Part shown: piece after piece, positions 47,583-54,553 of the stretch
How the letters are laid out: every line of letters starts with the position of its first letter
How positions within the stretch are numbered: the stretch's first letter is position 1
NCBI GenBank assembly: GCA_015222725.1
Contig: JADFVW010000239.1
Coordinates: forward strand, 1-54,553
Direction of reading: 5' to 3'
Source: Pseudomonadota bacterium
GTDB taxonomy: Bacteria > Pseudomonadota > Gammaproteobacteria > Pseudomonadales > Halieaceae
DNA: 54,553 nucleotides
The notes under the pieces: generated by a model
The model's database searches: none
The model's input: the letters and a program-made list of their open reading frames with translations, nothing else
What the model was told of the DNA's origin: nothing
Position numbers and translations under genes: made by a program

Positions 47583-48542
47583 GTGGCCATTCCCGACACA
47601 GCACAGGCCCAGGTAGAAGAACCCGGGCTGGGCAACTCGGAACTGGCACACTCGGCAGAGCAATTTCTGGATTACCTGCGCGATGTAAGACAGCTGTCAC
47701 CCCACACCCTGAGCAGTTACCGCCGCGACCTCAAGTCCCTCATCGCCTTTTGTAAATCCCAAAAAATTCACGCACCCGGACGAATTGGAGACAGCGACAT
47801 TCGCCAATGGGCGGCAGCGCTACACAGACGAGGCCTGGCGGGCAGCAGCATACAACGCAGCCTCTCCGCCAGCCGTTCATTTTTTAACTTCATGGGTCGA
47901 ATGCACGGCCAGCGACACAACCCGGCAACCTCAGTACAAGCGCCCCGGCAGTCTCGCAAGTTGCCAAAAACCCTGGATGCCGACCAGGTCAGCAGCTACC
48001 TGAAGTTCGACGGAGAGTCGATGGTTGCCCGGCGCGATCATGCGATTGCGGAACTGTTCTACTCCTCGGGCCTGCGACTGGCCGAACTTGTCGCCCTGGA
48101 TATAGAAGACCTGGACATGGGCTCGCTGCTAATTACTGTCACCGGCAAGGGCAACAAGACCCGCACCGTCCCCATAGGCTCTATCGCCATGAAAGCTATT
48201 GATAGCTGGTTGGCAGTGAGACCAGAACCCCTCGCTAAAGAAGCGGTAAACGCCCTGTTCATCAGCAACCGCGGCAGCAGGATAAGCGCCAGAAATATCC
48301 AGGCCAGGCTTAAACTACAGGGACGCAAGTCGGGCATGTACCAGGATGTGCACCCGCATATGCTGCGCCACTCCTTTGCCAGCCATATGCTGGAATCCAG
48401 TGGCGACCTGCGGGCGGTTCAGGAACTGTTGGGGCACGCCAATATTTCCACGACCCAAATTTATACACATCTGGACTTCCAGCACCTGGCAAAAGTCTAT
48501 GACTCGGCCCACCCCAGGGCCAAACGACAGAAGAAAGACTGA
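47583..48542 (+). CDS. xerC: Tyrosine recombinase XerC
   Basis: The N-terminal SAM-like domain is FLDYLRDVRQLSPHTLSSYRRDL, and the catalytic residues lie in RLAEL, HMLRHSFASHML and GHANISTTQIYTHL. It is in the housekeeping dapF-yigA-xerC-yigB context. The GTG start is uncertain. Confidence 0.9.
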   Translation: MAIPDTAQAQVEEPGLGNSELAHSAEQFLDYLRDVRQLSPHTLSSYRRDLKSLIAFCKSQKIHAPGRIGDSDIRQWAAALHRRGLAGSSIQRSLSASRSFFNFMGRMHGQRHNPATSVQAPRQSRKLPKTLDADQVSSYLKFDGESMVARRDHAIAELFYSSGLRLAELVALDIEDLDMGSLLITVTGKGNKTRTVPIGSIAMKAIDSWLAVRPEPLAKEAVNALFISNRGSRISARNIQARLKLQGRKSGMYQDVHPHMLRHSFASHMLESSGDLRAVQELLGHANISTTQIYTHLDFQHLAKVYDSAHPRAKRQKKD

Positions 48543-48543
48543 A

Positions 48544-49260
48544 ATGCAGGCGCCACTGAAAATAAAGGTCGTCACTTTCGACCTGGACAACACCCTGTGG
48601 GATGTTGAGCCGGCATTGCTGCGCGCAGAAGACGCACAGCGCCAGTGGCTGTTGAACAACCGTCCCGGCACAATGGAAAACTACGAGCACGATGCCCTGT
48701 GGGAATTCAAAAAATCCGTCTGGAGGCGTCACCCCCACCTCACCCACCAGATCAGCAAGCTACGAATACAACTGCTCTTCGAATTACAATTGGCCGCCGG
48801 CTACGCCGAGGACCAAGCCAGACAGGGAGCCGAAGCTGCTTTTACTGTGTTCCTGGAACAGCGCCACGCCGTGGTTTTATACGAGGAGGCGCTGGGGGTA
48901 CTGGAATGTCTTGCGGCCGATTACACCTTGGGCGCACTGACCAACGGCAATGCCGACATTTACAAGACCGATGCAGCGGAGTACTTCGACTTCGCATTCC
49001 TGGCAGAGGAGATCGGTGTCAGCAAGCCGGCGCCGGATATGTTTCACGCAGCACTGGAACGAGCCGGCGTTCTCCCCGGGGAAATAGTGCATGTGGGTGA
49101 CAACCCCGAGCACGATATAGCAGGAGCCAGGGCCGTGGGCATGCGTACTATCTGGATGAATGCCCGGGCCGCAAGCTGGCCGGGAGGCGAGAGAGCTGAC
49201 CGGGAGATATGCAACCTGGCGCAATTACCACAGGCAATCAGCAGCATTACTGATCAGTAG
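48544..49260 (+). CDS. HAD-superfamily hydrolase (YigB-like)
   Basis: It starts at ATG 48544 (MQAPLKIKVVTFDLDNTLWD, the DxD motif). Motif II is TNG and motif IV is VGDNPEHDIAGA. The ORF-track N-terminal extension overlaps xerC in another frame. Confidence 0.8.
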   Translation: MQAPLKIKVVTFDLDNTLWDVEPALLRAEDAQRQWLLNNRPGTMENYEHDALWEFKKSVWRRHPHLTHQISKLRIQLLFELQLAAGYAEDQARQGAEAAFTVFLEQRHAVVLYEEALGVLECLAADYTLGALTNGNADIYKTDAAEYFDFAFLAEEIGVSKPAPDMFHAALERAGVLPGEIVHVGDNPEHDIAGARAVGMRTIWMNARAASWPGGERADREICNLAQLPQAISSITDQ

Positions 49261-49278
49261 TGGGAACTCAATGAAGGT

Positions 49279-49299
49279 GAGCCGGGGAACCCCCGACTC
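49279..49299. terminator. GC-rich hairpin between convergent HAD and SHOCT-lipoprotein genes
   Basis: GAGCCGGGG-aac-CCCCGACTC forms a 9-bp stem with one C-A mismatch on the plus-strand RNA (a G-U wobble on the minus-strand RNA). No U-tract follows on either strand. Confidence 0.3.
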
Positions 49300-49310
49300 A
49301 GTAAGTGCAA

Positions 49311-49508
49311 CTAGCCGCTCTTGAGAATTTTCTTCTTGGTGCTGTTGTACTCTTTTTCAGTAATCACGCCCTTGTCGTAAGCTTCCTTCAGGTCCATTAA
49401 CTGTTGGCCCTGGGTTTCGGTCTGCTTGACGGTGGTGGTACTGCCACCACAGGCAGTGAGGCTAAGAGCCAGTGCGATTACGACGGCACCCAATAGTGTC
49501 TTATTCAT
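49311..49508 (-). CDS. Small lipoprotein with a C-terminal SHOCT domain
   Basis: A signal peptide and lipobox (LSLTAC) are followed by a C-terminal LMDLKEAYDKGVITEKEYNSTKKKILK, the SHOCT pattern. It has an SD AAGGAAA and starts 36 bp after the P-II stop. Confidence 0.7.
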   Translation of the reverse strand: MNKTLLGAVVIALALSLTACGGSTTTVKQTETQGQQLMDLKEAYDKGVITEKEYNSTKKKILKSG

Positions 49509-49544
49509 TATTATATTTCCTTTGGTTAGTGAGTGGGTTTTCGC

Positions 49545-49913
<369 letters not shown>

Positions 49914-49940
49914 CTATTATCGCTTATTTGTGCCCAGAGT

Positions 49941-49968
49941 AAATAAAAAAGGGGAGCCGAAGCTCCCC
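49941..49968 (-). terminator. Rho-independent terminator (distal of two) after amtB
   Basis: The minus-strand RNA reads GGGGAGC-UUCG-GCUCCCC followed by UUUUUUAUUU. Confidence 0.85.
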
Positions 49969-49974
49969 AAATCC

Positions 49975-50003
49975 GAAAAGGGGGCAGAATATGTCTGCCC
50001 TCC
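49975..50003 (-). terminator. Rho-independent terminator (proximal) after amtB
   Basis: The minus-strand RNA reads GGGCAGA-CAUAU-UCUGCCC followed by CCUUUUCGGAUUU. It begins about 12 nt after the amtB stop. Confidence 0.6.
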
Positions 50004-50014
50004 AGGCTCGCGCC

Positions 50015-51247
50015 CTAGTTAGAAACGAACTCCGGGTATGCTTCCATACCGCACTCCGAGAGGTCGACACCAGCATATTCCTCTTCCTCGGAAACCCGAA
50101 TACCCATCACCGCTTTGATGACGCCGAATACAATCAGGCTGGTGCCAAACACCCATCCAAAGATAGTCAGGGCGCCGATGATCTGGCCGCTGAAGGAAAC
50201 GTCGCTGTTGGTAACGGGCACCAGCAGCAGACCCAACAGGCCAACCACACCGTGCACAGAGATAGCACCGACGGGATCGTCAATCTTCAGTTTGTCCAGC
50301 GCCAGGATTGAGAATACCACCAGCACGCCACCAGCGGCACCAAACAGGGTAGCCTGCAGGGCCGTTGGCGTGTCGGGGCCGGCGGTGATAGCAACCAGAC
50401 CAGCCAGGGCACCGTTCAAGGTCATGGTCAGGTCAGCCTTGCCGAACATAACACGCGCCGTGATCAAAGCGGCAATCAGGCCACCCGCTGCTGCTGCGTT
50501 GGTGTTCATAAAGACAACCGCCACGGCGTTGGCAGATTCCACGCTGGCAGTCGCCAGCACAGAACCACCGTTAAAGCCGAACCAACCCATCCACAGGATG
50601 AATGTACCCAGGGTCGCCATGGGCAGGTTTGCACCGGGAATCGGGTGAATGGAGCCGTCGGCACCGTATTTGCCCTTGCGAGCTCCCAGCAGTAATACGC
50701 CAGCCAGAGCCGCGGAGGCACCAGCCATGTGCACGATACCGGAACCGGCAAAGTCGGAGAAACCCAGGTCGCCCAGTGTATACATGCCAAAGACAGATGC
50801 GCCGTTCCAGGTCCAACTCCCCTCCATGGGGTAGATAAAGCCGGTCATGACAACGGCAAAAGCCAGAAAGGCCCACAACTTCATACGCTCGGCAACCGCA
50901 CCGGAGACGATGGACATCGCTGTCGCCACGAATACTACCTGGAAGAAGAAGTCGGCAGAGGGGGCGTAAGTAGCAGGCTCTTCAGCGCCGGTCACACCAT
51001 CGCCGGTAATAGTGGACAACATAATATCGCCGCCGTACATAATCGCGTAGCCACACACCATATACATGATGCAGGCAACCGCATACAGGGCAATGTTCTT
51101 GGTTAATATTTCAGTGGTGTTCTTGGAGCGGACCAGGCCCGCTTCCAGCATGGAGAAGCCGGCGGCCATCCACATCACAAAGGCACCACATATCAGGAAG
51201 TAAAAGGTATCCAGTGCGTACTGTAGTTGAAAAATTTCATTTTCCAT
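50015..51247 (-). CDS. amtB: Ammonium transporter AmtB
   Basis: It is a 410-aa polytopic protein with Amt signatures: AGFSMLEAGLVRSKN, DFAGSGIVHMAGASAAL and GAISVHGVVGLLG (the twin-His region). Confidence 0.95.
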   Translation of the reverse strand: MENEIFQLQYALDTFYFLICGAFVMWMAAGFSMLEAGLVRSKNTTEILTKNIALYAVACIMYMVCGYAIMYGGDIMLSTITGDGVTGAEEPATYAPSADFFFQVVFVATAMSIVSGAVAERMKLWAFLAFAVVMTGFIYPMEGSWTWNGASVFGMYTLGDLGFSDFAGSGIVHMAGASAALAGVLLLGARKGKYGADGSIHPIPGANLPMATLGTFILWMGWFGFNGGSVLATASVESANAVAVVFMNTNAAAAGGLIAALITARVMFGKADLTMTLNGALAGLVAITAGPDTPTALQATLFGAAGGVLVVFSILALDKLKIDDPVGAISVHGVVGLLGLLLVPVTNSDVSFSGQIIGALTIFGWVFGTSLIVFGVIKAVMGIRVSEEEEYAGVDLSECGMEAYPEFVSN

Positions 51248-51274
51248 GGGAATAACTCTCTTGGTTATCTGGGG

Positions 51275-51645
<371 letters not shown>

Positions 51646-51674
51646 CGGGGCGCCGGTAATTATTTCAAGCTTGA

Positions 51675-52397
51675 TTACATACTCTTGGAGATAGTGAATA
51701 CTACCGTGTCATCACCCCAATCAGTGCCAAACACATCCCTGCTACTCAGGTCAGTACCTACGTAGGCCAGGCTCCAATCAACGGCCAGCCACGAGGCGCT
51801 TATGCCGGCAGAGTAGTCGACATAGGAGTCCGTATTTGTGGCCAAAAAGCCGCCATTTTTTTCCAGATCGTTGTAACCCACGTGCAGGTCCAGGGATAGG
51901 TTTTCACCCAGGCCAAAGCTGTAATCGCCGGACAGGTAGTAGAAATCACCGGTTCCACCGTAGTAATCATCTGAATAAACAGCGCCCAGAGTGCCGCCGA
52001 ACAAATTCACTTTGAGGTACAGCTCCTGGTAGTCACCATCAGGGCCTTCATCGCCGGGGTAGCTGTAGTACATATAACCCACGTCCACGCCAACATTGTC
52101 GGTTATATCGCTTGCCCAACCGGCGTAGTAATCCAGTTCCAGACTGCCATCGAAACCAAAATCATTGGTGTCGAAATCAACACTGGATGCCCATAAGCCG
52201 ACATAAAAACCGGCATCAAAACCCACATCAAAACCACCCTGAAGGGCGATGTCTTCGTTTGACTGGGAAATACCACGAAACTTGTAATCGCTGGTCAGTG
52301 CGACATTGCCACTGATTTCTGTCTCCGCCTGGATTGTGGTGGCGCCGGAAATCAACGCGGTGGCCATAGCAGCGGACAGTAATGTTTTGTTCAACAT
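51675..52397 (-). CDS. TorF-family (TIGR02001-type) putative outer-membrane porin
   Basis: A signal peptide is followed by ISGNVALTSDYKFRGISQSNEDIALQGGFD, typical of this family, then Gly/Tyr/Asp-rich beta strands. I place the start at ATG 52397, 9 nt after GGAG. The position upstream of glnK-amtB recurs in gammaproteobacteria. Confidence 0.75.
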   Translation of the reverse strand: MLNKTLLSAAMATALISGATTIQAETEISGNVALTSDYKFRGISQSNEDIALQGGFDVGFDAGFYVGLWASSVDFDTNDFGFDGSLELDYYAGWASDITDNVGVDVGYMYYSYPGDEGPDGDYQELYLKVNLFGGTLGAVYSDDYYGGTGDFYYLSGDYSFGLGENLSLDLHVGYNDLEKNGGFLATNTDSYVDYSAGISASWLAVDWSLAYVGTDLSSRDVFGTDWGDDTVVFTISKSM

Positions 52398-52460
52398 GTT
52401 TGTAATCTCCAATTTTTAAACTTAATTTATGCACTTTTGCATTTATGCACCCATGAAATA

Positions 52461-52476
52461 GCACCCATCGTGCCAA
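52461..52476 (-). promoter_or_regulatory. Sigma-54 (-24/-12) promoter for the porin-glnK-amtB operon
   Basis: The minus strand reads TTGGCACGATGGGTGC(T). This compares with the consensus YTGGCACGrNNNTTGCW: a perfect -24 element, exact GG-N10-GC spacing and one mismatch in the -12 element. It lies about 64 nt upstream of the porin ATG. Confidence 0.6.
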
Positions 52477-52674
52477 ATAGATAATTACTACTTACTTTCA
52501 ACGACTTAGCTGTAAATACTTCGATAAATTTAATTCTTAGCCTGTCTCTGGCACGCATTTAGCGCACCAATATGGAGCCGCGCACCAATAGAGGGCGCAG
52601 TGATGATGTGTGAGCGGTGACCGAACTCCTCTAGAATCATATTTCCGATAGACAGCGCTCAAGGACGAGCCCAC

Positions 52675-54174
52675 ATGGAACTTTCCGTCATCTACAGCCG
52701 GGCGATGGCCGGCATACAGGCGCCACTGGTCAGGGTAGAAACTCACCTGTCCAACGGGCTTCCGGCCTTCCACATTGTCGGCATGCCCGAAACCGCCGTG
52801 CGGGAAAGCAAGGACCGGGTGCGCAGCGCCCTGCTCAACTCCTATTTTGAATTTCCGGACCGGCGCATAACCATAAACCTGTCACCCGCCGACCTGCCCA
52901 AGGAGGGCGGCCGCTTCGATTTACCCATTGCGCTGGGTATTCTGGTGGCATCGAATCAACTGCCCTCGGCACATTTGCACCAGCACGAGTTTCTCGGGGA
53001 GTTGGCGCTGGATGGAACTCTGCGGCCGATTCCAGGCGTGATTCCCGCTGCGCGTGAAGCAACGAAGGGGAAGCGCAAGCTGGTTGTTCCAGCGTCCTGT
53101 GCCCCGCTGGCGGCCTACACACCCAACAGCGCCATCATTGCCGCAGAAGATTTGTTGACGCTGTGCGCCCATCTCAATGGCAGCGAGACAATTGAGCCCA
53201 CTTCTGCGACAAGTGCGCCGACACCTCATCACTATCCAGACCTCGATGTGGTGGTGGGCCAGGAACTCGCACGCAGAGCCCTGGAGATAGCCGCCAGCGG
53301 CGGCCATAACCTGCTTCTTTTCGGTCCTCCGGGAACGGGTAAAACTCTTCTCGCCAGTCGCCTACCGGGCATACTGCCACCGCCAACTGCGGAAGACGCC
53401 TTAACCGGCCTGGCGTTGCGCAGCTTCTATGACAGCACGGATGTCAGCGCCTGGTTCAAGCGCCCCTTCCGCAGCCCACATCACAACGCAACATCTGCGG
53501 CACTTATCGGTGGCGGCGGTAAACCCCGCCCGGGCGAGGCTTCGCTGGCACACGGCGGAGTGCTGTTTCTCGATGAATTGCCCGAGTTTTCCCGCAACGC
53601 TTTAGAGGTACTAAGAGAGCCGATGGAATCCGGTGAGGTGACCATCTCCCGTGCCAATCACAAAATCACCTACCCGGCCCGTTTCCAGCTGGTGGCCGCG
53701 ATGAACCCCTGTCCCTGTGGTTACGACGGCGACCCGGAGCAGAACTGCCGCTGTACCCAAAGCCAAATTCAACGCTATCGACAGCGCATATCGGGCCCAC
53801 TGCTGGACCGCATTGACCTGACTATTGCCATGACGCGGATTCCCCCCAGCACCCTGTTAAACAGTACAGGATTATCCGAGAACTCTACCTCGGTAAAAGC
53901 CAGGGTCGTACAGGCAAATGCCTTACAGACACAGCGGCAGGGTTGCGCCAATGCATTGCTAGCGGGAGCGGATCTGACGAAATATTGTGAACTTGGAGCA
54001 GCCCAGAAACGTTTTCTACAGACAGCGATGGATAACATAAAGCTATCCGCGCGGGGCTTACACCGCACCTTGAGGGTCTCCAGAACGATCGCAGACCTTG
54101 AGGGGACATCTACCCTTACCACTGAGCATATTAGTGAAGCGCTGGCTTATCGAAACCCGGGGTTAAAGCAGTGA
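52675..54174 (+). CDS. comM: YifB/ComM-family Mg-chelatase-like AAA+ ATPase
   Basis: An N-terminal Lon-protease-like domain (RVETHLSNGLPAFHIVGMPETAVRESKDRV) is followed by Walker A GPPGTGKT, Walker B VLFLDELPEF and the C-terminal ChlI-like helix bundle. Confidence 0.9.
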   Translation: MELSVIYSRAMAGIQAPLVRVETHLSNGLPAFHIVGMPETAVRESKDRVRSALLNSYFEFPDRRITINLSPADLPKEGGRFDLPIALGILVASNQLPSAHLHQHEFLGELALDGTLRPIPGVIPAAREATKGKRKLVVPASCAPLAAYTPNSAIIAAEDLLTLCAHLNGSETIEPTSATSAPTPHHYPDLDVVVGQELARRALEIAASGGHNLLLFGPPGTGKTLLASRLPGILPPPTAEDALTGLALRSFYDSTDVSAWFKRPFRSPHHNATSAALIGGGGKPRPGEASLAHGGVLFLDELPEFSRNALEVLREPMESGEVTISRANHKITYPARFQLVAAMNPCPCGYDGDPEQNCRCTQSQIQRYRQRISGPLLDRIDLTIAMTRIPPSTLLNSTGLSENSTSVKARVVQANALQTQRQGCANALLAGADLTKYCELGAAQKRFLQTAMDNIKLSARGLHRTLRVSRTIADLEGTSTLTTEHISEALAYRNPGLKQ

Positions 54175-54230
54175 AGCCTATGGACTTGGGGCAGGCACTA
54201 ATCACCTTTGGGGCTTTCATTTACCGGTAT

Positions 54231-54243
54231 AGCACTAAGTGCT
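54231..54243. promoter_or_regulatory. 13-bp palindrome AGCACT-A-AGTGCT abutting the toxin gene, candidate TA operator
   Basis: The perfect 6-bp arms can be read directly. It ends 1 nt before the in-frame ATG at 54244 and 31 nt before the GTG at 54274. Confidence 0.3.
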
Positions 54244-54273
54244 ATGATTGCGTACTACTTGCCATTGCGACCC

Positions 54274-54553
54274 GTGCGGATATTTAAAATCAGGGTTTTC
54301 AGTAAATGGGCATCCAAGGCAGGCTTGCCCGATGCCAGCTTGAGGGCCGCCGTAAAAGAGATTGAAGCCGGGCTAGTAGATGCACACCTTGGCGGTTTCT
54401 TGTACAAAAAGCGGGTAGCGATACAGGGTGGCGGCAAACGAGGCGGAACGCGTACATTGCTGGCATACAGGTCGAATGACAAAGCCTTCTTCGTGTATGG
54501 CTATGCAAAAAAGTTACGAGCAAGTATCAAAAATGAGGAAGAAAAAGCGCTGA
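54274..54553 (+). CDS. RelE/ParE-superfamily type II toxin (PF06296 RelE-like), 3' end beyond the window
   Basis: It is not in the ORF track because no stop is reached. The translation (M)RIFKIRVFSKWASKAGLPDASLRAAVKEIEAGLVDAHLGGFLYKKRVAIQGGGKRGGTRTLLAYRSNDKAFFVYGYAKKLRASIKNEEEKAL matches the family pattern FK.K.F.KWA...L.D..L..A..E...G...A.LGGG..K.R.A..G.GK.GG.R... The alternative in-frame ATG is at 54244. Confidence 0.7.
   Translation, partial: MRIFKIRVFSKWASKAGLPDASLRAAVKEIEAGLVDAHLGGFLYKKRVAIQGGGKRGGTRTLLAYRSNDKAFFVYGYAKKLRASIKNEEEKAL

Noticed and set aside
47583-48542. Tyrosine recombinase as a marker of a mobile element or prophage
   Set aside because: It lies in the conserved housekeeping block lysA-dapF-DUF484-xerC-HAD and has XerC-type motifs. 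There is no flanking tRNA, direct repeat or phage gene.
49920-49937. Candidate sigma-54 promoter CTGGGCACAAATAAGCGA upstream of the second P-II gene
   Set aside because: With correct GG-N10-GC spacing, the -24 hexamer reads TGGGCA and the -12 reads AAGC. Reading a perfect GGCAC makes the spacing 1 nt short. This is too weak to call as a feature, so it is mentioned only within the P-II finding.
52548-52564. A second sigma-54-like element, CTGGCACGCATTTAGCG, on the plus strand pointing toward comM
   Set aside because: The GG-N10-GC spacing is right, but the -12 region is TAGC, and there is no known rationale for RpoN control of comM. It sits where NtrC enhancer sites for the divergent porin-glnK-amtB promoter are expected, so the TGGCAC may be part of that GCAC-rich enhancer. 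It is left as an open possibility, not a feature.

Overview
This is a 54.5-kb chromosomal segment of a moderately GC-rich gammaproteobacterium. It is densely packed with about 50 protein genes. I found no rRNA, tRNA, CRISPR array, IS element or prophage.

Most of the window is housekeeping, and the gene order mirrors Pseudomonas/E. coli synteny:
- trxA-rho
- argH divergent from algZ(fimS)-algR-hemC-hemD-hemX-hemY
- lptM-lysA-dapF-DUF484(yigA)-xerC-HAD(yigB-like)
- lpxL divergent from gshA-acpH-dsbB-rsd
- yheS (ABC-F)
- a split class II ribonucleotide reductase, nrdJa-nrdJb, behind two NrdR boxes
- a sigma-54-type promoter driving a TorF-like porin-glnK-amtB operon, followed by tandem intrinsic terminators and a second P-II gene paired with a SHOCT lipoprotein
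- comM

Less ordinary content:
- A co-directional array: moaA, a CoxD-like MoxR AAA+ ATPase, a CoxE-like VWA protein, a 66-aa zinc-ribbon/TM microprotein, a short DUF1631-like protein and a PilZ protein. It ends in a stop-codon overlap with an orphan PilU-like ATPase.
- A DedA(VTT)-flavoprotein disulfide reductase fusion, next to a 22-bp perfect inverted repeat.
- A 31-codon peroxiredoxin gene remnant.
- A PhaF-like phasin with a PhaD-like TetR regulator at the left edge.
- A RelE-family toxin gene that starts just before the right edge, downstream of comM.

The best candidate for an uncharacterised multi-gene system is the MoxR-VWA-microprotein module (6118-8735), possibly extending to DUF1631-PilZ. 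This rests on domain recognition and gene context only. I see no classical defence island, and the window may simply be ordinary core genome.
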